Source of the DNA: Candidatus Acidiferrales bacterium
GTDB lineage: Bacteria; Chloroflexota; Dormibacteria; Aeolococcales; Bog-877
DNA length: 64,000 nt
Direction: 5' to 3'
Assembly (NCBI GenBank): GCA_035533655.1
Contig: DATLTJ010000107.1
Span: 72-64,071 of the forward strand
The notes beneath the pieces were generated by a model. The model was given only the letters and a program-made list of their open reading frames with translations, was not told where the DNA came from and made no database searches. Position 1 is the stretch's first letter. The number at the start of each line of letters is the position of its first letter. A program made the translations under genes and the position numbers. This document shows, piece by piece, positions 34,430-43,835 of the stretch.

Positions 34430-35590
34430 GTGCCGGATCAACCTAACCGGGTGCTAGTGGTGTCGCGGCAGGCATCACGGTCCGAGACCATCGCCAAGGC
34501 GCTAGACAAGCGCGGGCTGGCGATGCTGGCTTTCGAGTCCACCGGGGCCGCCGCGGCGGCGCTGGACGAGACTCCGGCCGAGGCCGCGCTGATCGAGGTG
34601 ACCGGGGACGACGCCGAGCTGGTCCCCTTGATCCGGCAGATCCGGGCGACCGCCTCCCATGCGGCAATCCCGGTGGTGCTGGTGGTGGCGGACCCAACAG
34701 CTCCGATCGTCGCCGCCGCGACCGAGGCCGGGGCGACCGCGGTGCTGCCCCGCGGCAGCTCGACCCAGACGGTCGCGGAGACTCTGCGCAGCCTGCTCGC
34801 GGCCGACGCGCCCGCCCCAGCGGCTCCGGTCGATCCCCAAAACGCGCGCAAGGGGCCTGGTGAGTTGTGGGTGGTCTGCGGACCCCGCGGTGGCGTCGGC
34901 CGGACCGCTCTCGCCACCAACCTGGCGGTGATCGCCGCGGAGACGCTCAGGGTCGCCCTGGTTGACAACGTTCCTCGCTTCGGCAGCGCCCTGATGGCCT
35001 TCAATCTGCCGCTGCCGACGCCGACTTGGGTGGAGCTAGCCGATCTCCCGGTGGAGGATGACATCCTGGACCGGCTGACCCGGCATCCGAGTGGGGTCTC
35101 GGTGCTGCCGGCGCCAGGCCGGCCCGAGCTGGCCGACTCGGTGTCGCCGGCGGCGGTGGGCGCACTGATCTTTCGGCTGACCCGCCTGGCCGACCTGGTG
35201 GTCGTCGACCAAGGGGGCAGACTGGACAACGGCGGGATCGATCTGCTGGAGTCTGCCGATCACATGATCCTGGTTGGCACGCCGGACAACCCGGGGGTGG
35301 CGGGGCTTCGAGGCTGGCTGCGGATCTGCGATCAGCTGCAGATCCCGCGCGAGCGGATCTCGGTGGTCCTCAACTGCGTGCTCCCTTACCACCAAGTAGA
35401 CGCCGAGCGCACGAAGCGGGTGCTCGGGCAGCCGGTGCTGACCCTACCCCACGGCGGTATTGATGGGGTGAGGTCCCTGAGCGGTGGCGAGCCGCTGGCC
35501 TGGAAGCATCCCTCCAACCGCTGGGTCAAGGCGATGCGCAATCTGGCGGTTCAGATCTCACCGACGATCGCCGCCAAGCTCAAGCACTGA
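34430..35590 (+). CDS. Orphan pseudo-receiver + ParA/MinD/CpaE-like (AAA_31-type) protein with degenerate P-loop
   Basis: The N-terminal ~120 aa have receiver-like topology but lack the acidic pocket (VVSRQ, LIEV, LPRG). The C-terminal domain shows LWVVCGPRGGVGRTALATNLA, where KGGxGKT is expected. GTG start. Confidence 0.7.
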   Translation: MPDQPNRVLVVSRQASRSETIAKALDKRGLAMLAFESTGAAAAALDETPAEAALIEVTGDDAELVPLIRQIRATASHAAIPVVLVVADPTAPIVAAATEAGATAVLPRGSSTQTVAETLRSLLAADAPAPAAPVDPQNARKGPGELWVVCGPRGGVGRTALATNLAVIAAETLRVALVDNVPRFGSALMAFNLPLPTPTWVELADLPVEDDILDRLTRHPSGVSVLPAPGRPELADSVSPAAVGALIFRLTRLADLVVVDQGGRLDNGGIDLLESADHMILVGTPDNPGVAGLRGWLRICDQLQIPRERISVVLNCVLPYHQVDAERTKRVLGQPVLTLPHGGIDGVRSLSGGEPLAWKHPSNRWVKAMRNLAVQISPTIAAKLKH

Positions 35591-35608
35591 GCGCGGACAA
35601 GTCGCCGC

Positions 35609-35992
35609 TTAGGCGCTGGACTGCGGTCGAGCCGGAGCGGCGATCGCGTCCGGACGGCTGGTCACCGCCTTGTAGGCGGCGCAGTTGGAGAAGGTGGCGG
35701 TGGTGGACCGAGCCCGGGGCCGACGCCCCCGGAGTGGTGGCGGCACCTCGCCCTCCTCGGTTCCATAGCGCTCCCACACCGACTGCCGGGACATGCCCAG
35801 CCGATCGGCGATCTCGGCCCAGCTGAAACCGTCGGAGCGGGCGGCGACCACGGTGGCCGCTCGCCTGGTGCCGAGCAGCACCGCCAGCGAGCGCAGAGCG
35901 AGCAGCCGGTCTGGAGTTGGGAGCCGGTCGAGGGCCTTCATCACAACTTCGGTCGCGGCGGCGGCCGAAGCGGTAGCTGGCTGGTAGCTCAT
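35609..35992 (-). CDS. Helix-turn-helix DNA-binding protein (sigma-70 region-4-like), function unknown
   Basis: SDGFSWAEIADRLGMSRQSVWERYG HTH motif. Short 127-aa ORF divergent from trxA. Confidence 0.6.
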   Translation of the reverse strand: MSYQPATASAAAATEVVMKALDRLPTPDRLLALRSLAVLLGTRRAATVVAARSDGFSWAEIADRLGMSRQSVWERYGTEEGEVPPPLRGRRPRARSTTATFSNCAAYKAVTSRPDAIAAPARPQSSA

Positions 35993-36018
35993 CCGTCAAG
36001 GATACCTGACAAAAGAGC

Positions 36019-36024
36019 TATAAT
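36019..36024 (+). promoter_or_regulatory. Candidate -10 box (perfect TATAAT) for trxA
   Basis: TATAAT lies in a locally A+T-rich patch (ACAAAAGAGCTATAATGTTGG) 64 nt upstream of the trxA ATG, with AAGGAGAA as RBS. No convincing -35 box. Confidence 0.3.
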
Positions 36025-36087
36025 GTTGGAGTAGGTCAGGAGTTCCAGGAGCGACTGATCGCAGTCCCGAGAGCAAGGAGAATCGCC

Positions 36088-36426
36088 ATGGCTGCGCCAC
36101 TTCATCTCACCGACGCCACCTTCCGTCAGGAGGTACTGGAAGCTGAGACTCCAGTCTTGGTCGATTTCTGGGCCGAGTGGTGCCCGCCTTGCAAGATGAT
36201 TGCCCCGATCGTCGAGGAGTTCGCCTCCGAGTACGAGGGGCGGCTCAAGGTCACCAAGGTTGACACCGACGCCTGCCCGATGGTGGCGGGCGAGTACCAG
36301 GTGATGAGCATTCCCACCCTGATGGTCTTTCGGGGCGGCCAGCCGGTCGGTACTTTCGTCGGCTACCAGCCAAAGGCGGCCCTGAGGGCCAAGCTCGACG
36401 CTCTTCTGCTGCAGCCGGCCCGCTGA
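36088..36426 (+). CDS. trxA: Thioredoxin
   Basis: VLVDFWAEWCPPCKMIAP active site and a PTLMVF.GG motif. Confidence 0.93.
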   Translation: MAAPLHLTDATFRQEVLEAETPVLVDFWAEWCPPCKMIAPIVEEFASEYEGRLKVTKVDTDACPMVAGEYQVMSIPTLMVFRGGQPVGTFVGYQPKAALRAKLDALLLQPAR

Positions 36427-36439
36427 CCCGAGTCGGCAG

Positions 36440-37237
36440 CTACTCCGAGGCTGAGGTCGGCGCCTTCCCCTCCGGCCAGTACTGCTCCTCCAGGATGTCC
36501 ACGTCCCGGAGCCCGGCCCGGAGCATCACCGACCGGCCCGTCGAGATCATTCCGGGGTGACCGCAGAGGTAGACCATGCCCTTACCGGGCCTGATCCCCG
36601 AACGGTCGGCGTACTTGCGCAGGACGTCCTCCGCGCGACCGGTCTCGCCCTCCCAGCCGGAATCGCCCCAGGGACGGCTCACCGTCGGGACATACTCGAA
36701 GTCGGGGAACTCGCCGCTGATCTGGGCCATCTCCTGGCCGTAGCCGAACTCATGGGAAAAGCTGGCCCCCTGCACCAGGACGATCTTGGGAGGAACGATT
36801 TCGCCACGCCGCTGCTGGCTTTGCAGCAGGCGCAGCATGCTGACAAAGGGGGCGATTCCGGTCACGGTGGCCAGGAAGAGGTGGGTGCGGTCCAGGGCTA
36901 GGCCCGTCTTCATGAAGACGCCCTTGGGGCGCTTGCGCATCAGCATTCGGTCGCCCACCTGCAGGGGGTAGAGGTAAGGGGTGAGGGCCCCGTCCGGGAT
37001 CAGTTCGACGAAGAATTCCAGCTCCTTCTCCTCCGGCGAGGACACGATGGAGTAAGGACGCTCGAGCGGCTTGCCATCCACCTCGACTCCCAAGGTGGCG
37101 TACTGGCCGGCGCGGAACTCGAAGGGGAGGTCGTGACGCACCCGGACGGACCAGAGATCGGGTCCGTAGTCGCGCCGCTCGACGATTTCGACGGATTCGT
37201 ACTTGTCAGAGAAGTCGGTGGCCAAAGGTGGTGGCAC
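36440..37237 (-). CDS. Ferredoxin-NADP+ reductase (FPR/plant-type FNR family)
   Basis: FAD motif RPYSIVSSP, AGQYATLGV and an NAD(P)-binding GTGIAPF-like block (TVTGIAPFVSML). Confidence 0.8.
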   Translation of the reverse strand: MPPPLATDFSDKYESVEIVERRDYGPDLWSVRVRHDLPFEFRAGQYATLGVEVDGKPLERPYSIVSSPEEKELEFFVELIPDGALTPYLYPLQVGDRMLMRKRPKGVFMKTGLALDRTHLFLATVTGIAPFVSMLRLLQSQQRRGEIVPPKIVLVQGASFSHEFGYGQEMAQISGEFPDFEYVPTVSRPWGDSGWEGETGRAEDVLRKYADRSGIRPGKGMVYLCGHPGMISTGRSVMLRAGLRDVDILEEQYWPEGKAPTSASE

Positions 37238-37376
37238 CCCCCGTTCAGTGGCTAGCTCGGGTCAGTGTAGCCAGCCGTCAATCTCTCTCCAAGGTGTGGA
37301 AGTGGAGGCGTCAGGGGAAGCTGTTGCTAGAATCCCGACTCGCCCCATCTGCCCACCCGAGGTACTCCCCCAGCTG

Positions 37377-39629
37377 ATGCCTGCATCGAACCTGATCATC
37401 GTCGAGTCGCCGAGCAAAGCCCGCACGCTCAGCAGATTTCTCGGCAGCGACTACGACGTCAGGGCATCAATGGGCCACGTGGTGGACTTGCCCCGCTCCA
37501 AGCTGGGCATCGACGTCGAACACGGCTTCGAGCCCGACTACACCGTGATCAAGGGCAAGGAGGGCCAACTGCGGGACCTCAAGTCCGCCGCTCGCAAGTC
37601 CAAGCGGGTGCTGCTGGCGGCCGACCCAGATCGGGAAGGCGAGGCCATCGCCTGGCACATCGCCCATCAGCTGGGACTGGTCGACCCGGAGCGGATCGTC
37701 TTCCATGAGATCACCAAGCAGGCGGTGGAGGCGGCGCTGAAGCAGCCGCAACCCATCAACCAACGGCTGGTGGACGCCCAGCAGGCTCGGCGGGTGATCG
37801 ACCGGCTCTTGGGCTACAAGCTGAGCCCACTGCTCTGGCGCAAGATCCGCAAGGGACTCTCCGCGGGACGGGTCCAGTCAGTGGCGCTCCGGTTGGTCTG
37901 CGACCGCGAGCAGGAGATCGAAGCGTTCAGATCGGTCGAGAGTTGGAGCCTCGAGGCGCTCCTGCTGACCGAGTCCCAGGACCAGTTCAAGGCGCGCTAC
38001 CAGGGGGTGGGCCGGGAGCCCAAAGGCAGGCGCGGTAAGGCCAAGGACGAAGAAGGCGAGCCGTCCGGGCTCGCCAATGAGGCCAGCGCCCGTCGAGTGA
38101 TGGCCGAGGTCGCGAAGGCCGAGTTTCGGGTGGCCTCGGTGGAGCGACGGCGGCAGCGGCGGAATCCACCCCAGCCCTACATCACCAGCACACTGCAGCA
38201 GGACGCCTCCTCGCAGCTGCATTTCAGCCCTTCCAAGACGATGCGGATCGCCCAGCAGCTTTATGAGGGAGTGGAACTGGGGAGCGCCGGGCCTGCCGGT
38301 CTGATCACCTACATGCGGACCGACTCGGTCCGCCTTAGCGATTCGGCCGTCGCCGGGGCTAAGGAGTACGTGGAGCAGACCTTCGGGACCAAGTACCTGG
38401 GGCAGGCCGGGGCGCAGCGGCGCGGACCCAAGGCGGCGGTAGCCAGCCAGGATGCCCACGAGGCGGTCCGACCGACCTCGATGGAGTGGGATCCGGACCA
38501 GATCCACCAGTACCTCAGCTCGGACCAGGCCAAGCTCTACCGGCTGGTCTGGCGGCGCTTCCTGGCGAGTCAAATGAGCCCCGCCGAGTTCGACGCGACC
38601 AGGGCCGAGGTCATGGCTGGTGAGCACCGCTTCCGGGCGACCGGTAGTCAGCTGATCTTCGACGGCTATCTGCGGGTCGCTGGCACGGAGAACCGGGAGG
38701 ACGAGCTCCTGCCCGAGCTCAACGCCGAGCAGGTGGTGAAGCTCAGCGCCCTCAACCCGGAGCAGCACTTCAGCCAGCCGCCGCCCCGTTACAGCGAGGC
38801 CAGCTTGGTCAAGGAGCTGGAGGAGCGGGGGATCGGCCGACCCAGCACCTACGCCACCATGACCGAGCTGATCCAGACCCGGCGGTACGTGGTCCAGGAG
38901 GAGCGGAGATTGCATCCCACCCCGCTCGGCCTGGCGGTCAACGAGGCCCTGACCACCCAGTTCCCATCGGTGGTCGATGTGGGCTTCACCGCCGCGCTGG
39001 AACTGCAGTTGGACGGCATCGAGTCCGGCGAGAGCGGATGGGTCCCGGTGGTCAGCTCCTGGTACGAGCCTTTCGCCAAGGTGCTCGAGGACGCCCAGGA
39101 GAGCATGCCTCGGGTCAAGATCAGGGCCCAGCCGACCGGCACCGCGTGTCCGAAGTGCGGGGCGGACCTGGTGATGCGCAGCGGACGCTTCGGAGACTTC
39201 GTCGGTTGTAGTCGATACCCAGAGTGCGACTTCATCGAGGGTAAGGAGGAGCGCACTCCGGCGGAGGCGATCGGGGAGGCCTGTCCCCTCTGCGGCAAGC
39301 CACTGGTCAAACGGACCGGTCGCCGGGGCCCGTTCGTAGGCTGCTCCGGATACCCGAGCTGCCGTTTCATCCGCACCGAGGCGGGAGCGGCCGGTGCCGC
39401 CAAGCCTGCGGTCGTCGCGGAGCCGACCGGGGAGAACTGCCCTGACTGCGGCAAGCCCCTGGTGCAGCGCCAGGGGCGCTTTGGGCCGTTTGTCTCATGC
39501 TCGGGTTACCCGGGTTGCAAGTACCGACCGCCCAAGGAAGCCGCCGGCTCGGCCCCCGCGGGCAAGGCACCATCCCGTCCTCGTCCCGCCGCCGGCAGGC
39601 GCCGAGTTAAGGAACCGGTCGGAAACTAA
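37377..39629 (+). CDS. topA: DNA topoisomerase I
   Basis: LIIVESPSKA Toprim start and three C-terminal CxxC...C..C zinc ribbons (CPKCGADL, CPLCGKPL, CPDCGKPL). ATG 37377 is preferred to the over-extended track start 37203, which overlaps the divergent reductase gene. Confidence 0.92.
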   Translation: MPASNLIIVESPSKARTLSRFLGSDYDVRASMGHVVDLPRSKLGIDVEHGFEPDYTVIKGKEGQLRDLKSAARKSKRVLLAADPDREGEAIAWHIAHQLGLVDPERIVFHEITKQAVEAALKQPQPINQRLVDAQQARRVIDRLLGYKLSPLLWRKIRKGLSAGRVQSVALRLVCDREQEIEAFRSVESWSLEALLLTESQDQFKARYQGVGREPKGRRGKAKDEEGEPSGLANEASARRVMAEVAKAEFRVASVERRRQRRNPPQPYITSTLQQDASSQLHFSPSKTMRIAQQLYEGVELGSAGPAGLITYMRTDSVRLSDSAVAGAKEYVEQTFGTKYLGQAGAQRRGPKAAVASQDAHEAVRPTSMEWDPDQIHQYLSSDQAKLYRLVWRRFLASQMSPAEFDATRAEVMAGEHRFRATGSQLIFDGYLRVAGTENREDELLPELNAEQVVKLSALNPEQHFSQPPPRYSEASLVKELEERGIGRPSTYATMTELIQTRRYVVQEERRLHPTPLGLAVNEALTTQFPSVVDVGFTAALELQLDGIESGESGWVPVVSSWYEPFAKVLEDAQESMPRVKIRAQPTGTACPKCGADLVMRSGRFGDFVGCSRYPECDFIEGKEERTPAEAIGEACPLCGKPLVKRTGRRGPFVGCSGYPSCRFIRTEAGAAGAAKPAVVAEPTGENCPDCGKPLVQRQGRFGPFVSCSGYPGCKYRPPKEAAGSAPAGKAPSRPRPAAGRRRVKEPVGN

Positions 39630-39751
39630 CCGAGCAGCCGGGCCCTCCTCGGCAACGCGGGACCGACTCTCCCGAGTCTCGCCGTGGCCCCCGCCCCCCG
39701 GCGATCTAAATCGACTCGCTGTTCTCGCGCCGTCGGGTGATCCTGTAGCAG

Positions 39752-40711
39752 TTGAGCCCATCACTCACGTCCATCCCCTTGAAGACCGGGACGATCGTGA
39801 TGGCCACCGGGGTCGTGGCGATCGGCATGTCCCGGATCGGGGTCATGACCATCGCGGCTCCGCTGCTGGTGGTGGCCGTCGCGACCTGGTTGGCCCTGCT
39901 GGTGGCGCAGTTGGGAGGTTCCGCGTCGCCTCCGCGGGCCTCAGCTCCGAGCTGAGCTCCCCGGGACTCTGTCCGTGGTCGCGGCGACGGCGGTACTGGG
40001 CGCTGCGGCCGACGGCCTGGGTTGGGTGGCACTGGCGTCCGGTCTGCTGGCGGCGGCGCTGGTCTTGTTCATCCTGGTGTCGGTCCCGGTCCTCCGCCAG
40101 TGGCAGACTCCGACTCGGGGAGTCTCGGTTTTACTCGCGGTAGCGCTGGCGTCGATCTCGGTCGTCGCCGTCGAACTGTCCGCTGCCGACAAGGTGAGTT
40201 GGCTGCTTACTGCGGCCGAGGTCTGCTGCGGGCTGGCGCTGGTCGCTTACCTCTTCCTGCTCCGCCGGTTTGACTTCCGCGAGCTGCTGCGTGGCCGAGT
40301 CGACCAATGGGTGGCCGGAGGGGCCCTGGCGATAGCCACCCTGGCTGGCGGGGAGATCTGTCTCCGGCTGCGGGCCAGCGGCCACCCGTTCAACGTCCGG
40401 CTGGCCGCGGTCGTGACGGTCCTCTGGGTGGCGCCTCCACCTGGATCGCTCTTCTCCTGGTCAGCTCGCTGACCAGCTGGCGCTGGGGCTACCACCACCT
40501 ACGTTGAGCCACCATCTTCCCTCTCGGAAGGTACGGGGTCTGCAGCTTGGCTGTGGGCACGATCCTGAGCGCCGCCTCGCGACTGACGCTGGCGCGGGTC
40601 TTCGTCTGGATCGGCTTCGCCGCCTGGCGGCTGGTAGCGGCTGGACTGCTTTCGCGTGGGCAGGCCTTTCTCGCCAGCCCCCGGAGGTCGCAGGAGCCGG
40701 GCGGCAGCTAG
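39752..40711 (+). pseudogene. TDT (TehA/Mae1-type tellurite-resistance/dicarboxylate transporter) family gene, disrupted
   Basis: Hydrophobic TDT-like segments lie in three frames: 39752-~39915 (TGTIVMATGVVAIG...), ~39915-40440 (the 39975 ORF), and 40439-40711 (TWIALLLVSSLTSWRWGYHHLR*ATIFPLGRYGVCSLAVG...). An in-frame TGA at 40505-40507 sits where the family has Trp before the FPLG motif. Total span ~320 codons. Confidence 0.55.
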
Positions 40712-41256
40712 CCCTGGCCAGGTGGGGGGACCTGCTCCGCCGGTGGGGGAAAGTCCCCCGTCCTCCCGTCGATGCGCTGCCGGAGCAGGTCGGCGTGACC
40801 GTTGTGCCGTGAATACTCCTCGATCATGTGATTGACCATGCAGCGCGCCGACATCAGGCGGTAGCGGGCGGTGCTGAAGGTCACTTCCAGCGAGTCAAGT
40901 TCCGCCAGGATCGACCGGGAGGCAGTGCACTCCTCCGCCCAGCTCGAGAAGGCCTGGGCCACGTCGGCGTCGGCCATTGCATCGAAGTCAGCGTCGGGCT
41001 GCTCCGCGGTGCGCCAGATCGGCCCGATCAATTGCCTGGAGAGGCCCCGGCGAAACCAGGATCGCTCCACCTCCGCCATGTGACGGACCAAGCCCAACAG
41101 GGTGAGGTTGGACGGGGCCACCGAGGGCTCTTTGAGCTGAGCATCGGTGAGCCCTTGGCACTTCCAGGCCAGAGTGGGGCGCTGATCCTCGGGGAAGCCG
41201 GTCAGGGTCGTTCGCTCATCCCCATTCCAAGCCGGGTCGGGTGTTGGTTCCGGCAT
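40708..41256 (-). CDS. DinB/DUF664 family protein
   Basis: LVRHMAEVERSWF and HMIEEYSRHNGHADLLRQRIDG motifs. ATG 41256 gives 182 aa. The track ORF (to 41898) is a spurious extension antisense to hslV. Confidence 0.75.
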   Translation of the reverse strand: MPEPTPDPAWNGDERTTLTGFPEDQRPTLAWKCQGLTDAQLKEPSVAPSNLTLLGLVRHMAEVERSWFRRGLSRQLIGPIWRTAEQPDADFDAMADADVAQAFSSWAEECTASRSILAELDSLEVTFSTARYRLMSARCMVNHMIEEYSRHNGHADLLRQRIDGRTGDFPPPAEQVPPPGQG

Positions 41257-41337
41257 CGCCGAATCATAGGCGCGACCGCCGGAATGGGGCCTTCGCTCGA
41301 GGGCCGAATCCGGATCTCGGGGTAGACTTGAACTCAA

Positions 41338-41925
41338 GTGACCACTCATGACGGTACCGGTCCGCGTGCCACGACGATCCTCGCCGTGCGCCGCGGCACC
41401 GAGATCGCGGTCGCCGGGGACGGCCAGGTGACGGTGGGCGATGTGGTCATGAAGCACCGGGCCATGAAGGTCCGGAGAATTCATCACGACCAGGTGGTGG
41501 TGGGGTTCGCCGGTTCGGTCGCTGACGCCTTCACCCTCTTCGACAAGTTCGAGCGTCATCTGGACCAGCACCAGGGCAACCTGCTGCGGGCGGCGGTGGC
41601 GCTGGGCAAGGAGTGGCGCACCGACCGCTACCTGCGCCACCTGGACGCCATGCTGGTGGTGGCCGGGAACAACCAGATGCTGCTGCTGAGCGGGGATGGC
41701 GATGTGATCGAACCAGACGACGGGATCGGCGCCATCGGGAGCGGCGGACCCTATGCTCACGCGGCGGCCAAGGCCCTGATCGATCACACTGAACTCCCAG
41801 CCGCGGAGGTGGCCCGCAAGGCCCTGGAGATCGCCGCCTCCATCTGCATCTACACCAACAGCGAGATCTCGGTCGAGACCATCTCCGACACGCCACAAGG
41901 GGAACCAGTTGGACCCGGAGCTTAG
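41338..41925 (+). CDS. hslV: ATP-dependent protease subunit HslV
   Basis: TTILAVRRG...GDGQVT.G..VMK....KVRR...GFAGS.ADAFTLF..FE and GSGG.YA motifs. GTG start lies 11 codons before the catalytic Thr. Confidence 0.9.
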   Translation: MTTHDGTGPRATTILAVRRGTEIAVAGDGQVTVGDVVMKHRAMKVRRIHHDQVVVGFAGSVADAFTLFDKFERHLDQHQGNLLRAAVALGKEWRTDRYLRHLDAMLVVAGNNQMLLLSGDGDVIEPDDGIGAIGSGGPYAHAAAKALIDHTELPAAEVARKALEIAASICIYTNSEISVETISDTPQGEPVGPGA

Positions 41926-43327
41926 ACCGGCGGAGATCGTTTCTGCCCTGGACCGCTACATCGTGGGCCAGGCGGACGCCAAGCGGGCGATGGCGATCGC
42001 TCTGCGCAACCGATACCGGCGGATGCAGGTGCCGGCGGAGCGCCGCCAGGACATCTCGCCCAGCAACATCCTGTTGATCGGTCCGACCGGGGTGGGCAAG
42101 ACCGAGATCGCCAGGCGGCTGGCCCAGCTCACCCATTCCCCATTCATCAAGGTCGAGGCGACCAAGTTCACCGAGGTGGGCTACGTCGGCCGAGATGTGG
42201 AGTCGATCATCCGGGACCTGCTGGAACAGACGATCACCCAGGTTCAGAGCCAACGGGTGATCGAAGTCGAGGCTGAGGCCAAGCAGCGGGCCGAGTCCCG
42301 GATCGTCGACCGGCTGATCGAAGCCGACCAGCCGCCCCCGGCCCCGGTCGAGGCGGGGTCCGACCCAGCCCCGGATCAGGCGACCCCTCAACCACCGGAA
42401 GAGCCGCTCTCGGAGGTCGATCGGCTGGCCGCGGCTCGGCAGGAGCGCAGTCGGCGCCGCCAGCTGCTGCGCAAGCTGGCCGGCCGCAAGCTCGACGACC
42501 GCCAGATCGAGATCGAGGTGGAGGAGGCCTACTCGGCCCCGGTGGAGGTCTTCTCGGGCAGCGGTTACGAGGAGATCGGCTGGTCTCTGTCGGACTTCTT
42601 CAGCCAGCTGGCCCCACCCCGCAAGCGCACCAAGCGGATGACCGTCGCCGACGCCCGCCACGTCCTGACCCAGGAGGAGACGGAGCGGCTGGTGGACGTC
42701 GATCGGGTCTATGACGACTCCATTCATCTGGTCGAGGAGAACGGGATCGTCTTCATCGACGAGGTGGACAAGATCGCCGGCCCCTACGTCGAGTCCCACG
42801 GACCGGATGTGAGCGGGGCGGGGGTCCAGCGCGACCTGCTGCCGATCATCGAGGGGTCCACCGTCAGCACTCGCTACGGACAGGTCCACACCGATCACGT
42901 TCTCTTCGTGGCTGCGGGGGCCTTCACCTCGGCCCGGCCCAGCGACCTCATCCCCGAGTTCCAGGGCCGGTTTCCGATTAGGGTCGAGCTCCAGCCGCTG
43001 CTGGAGGCGGACCTCTGCCAGATCCTGGTTGAGCCCCAGAACGCGCTGACTCAGCAGTACAGCCAGCTGCTCGCCACTGAGCAGGTCGAGGTGGAGTTCA
43101 CCAAGGAGGGGGTCGAGGAGTTGGCCCACCACGCGTTCTTGGTCAACGAGCGCGACGAGAACATTGGTGCCCGCCGGCTGTTCACGGTGATGGAGCGGGT
43201 GCTCCAGGATGTCTCATTTGCCGCCGAGGAGTATCAAGGCCAGAAGGTGATCGTCGACCGGGAATTCGTCAGAGACAAGCTGGGCGATCTGGTCCGGGAT
43301 CAGGACCTTCGCCGGTACGTTCTCTGA
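41909..43327 (+). CDS. hslU: ATP-dependent protease ATPase subunit HslU
   Basis: [18 protein letters not shown], Walker [16 protein letters not shown], Walker [12 protein letters not shown] and GARRL. TTG start. Confidence 0.92.
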   Translation: MDPELRPAEIVSALDRYIVGQADAKRAMAIALRNRYRRMQVPAERRQDISPSNILLIGPTGVGKTEIARRLAQLTHSPFIKVEATKFTEVGYVGRDVESIIRDLLEQTITQVQSQRVIEVEAEAKQRAESRIVDRLIEADQPPPAPVEAGSDPAPDQATPQPPEEPLSEVDRLAAARQERSRRRQLLRKLAGRKLDDRQIEIEVEEAYSAPVEVFSGSGYEEIGWSLSDFFSQLAPPRKRTKRMTVADARHVLTQEETERLVDVDRVYDDSIHLVEENGIVFIDEVDKIAGPYVESHGPDVSGAGVQRDLLPIIEGSTVSTRYGQVHTDHVLFVAAGAFTSARPSDLIPEFQGRFPIRVELQPLLEADLCQILVEPQNALTQQYSQLLATEQVEVEFTKEGVEELAHHAFLVNERDENIGARRLFTVMERVLQDVSFAAEEYQGQKVIVDREFVRDKLGDLVRDQDLRRYVL

Positions 43328-43361
43328 GGGCGAAAACTGACCTGGCCTAGGTTCCCAGAAC

Positions 43362-43835
43362 CTAGGCGGACGGTGAGCAAAGGTAGGGGGTGGTGGTGCT
43401 CACCGGGAGGAATCCGAGCCGCTCCACGACGGGTTGGCTGTTCTCAGTTGCGTCCGCCGGCAGGTACTGGTAGCCCCGCCCGGCGGCGAGTCCAGCTCGG
43501 TAGGCGACCAGGGCTCGATAGATTCCCCGGCCTCGCCATGCGGGGAGCGTTGAGCCGGACCAGAGGCTCGCGAACTCCGAAGTAGACTCGAAGTGGAGCC
43601 GGCCGGTGGAAACCACCTGCCTGTCCGCCTTCGCTTCCAGCAGCACCACATGGTGGGGATTGGCCGACCGGTCTCTGGAGAAGAGCTCGGTTGGGAAGCT
43701 CCGATCATCCGCGGCGACCGCCATCAGCAGTTCGGCCATGCGGTCGGTATCGGCTCGAGAGCTGACCGGTCGGATGGTGACCCTGGAAGGGGGCTTCGGA
43801 TCCGGGCCCATCTCTGCGACCCTGCCGAAGACCAC
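43362..43835 (-). CDS. GNAT family N-acetyltransferase
   Basis: Acetyl-CoA binding motif A: LPAWRGRGIYRALVAYRAGLAAGRG. The start codon is uncertain. Confidence 0.75.
   Translation of the reverse strand: MVFGRVAEMGPDPKPPSRVTIRPVSSRADTDRMAELLMAVAADDRSFPTELFSRDRSANPHHVVLLEAKADRQVVSTGRLHFESTSEFASLWSGSTLPAWRGRGIYRALVAYRAGLAAGRGYQYLPADATENSQPVVERLGFLPVSTTTPYLCSPSA

Noticed and set aside
40505-40507. In-frame TGA at a Trp-expected position, as evidence for TGA-to-Trp recoding (alternative genetic code).
   Set aside because: Many well-supported genes in this window terminate at TGA at their expected ends (rnc, smc, KH, trmD, rpsB, ispG). The same gene also has two frameshifts, so a nonsense mutation in a pseudogene is the simpler reading.
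41531-43132. 533-aa minus-strand ORF antisense to hslV/hslU.
   Set aside because: Same reasoning: low-complexity Arg/Leu/Gly/Pro translation opposite a well-supported gene.
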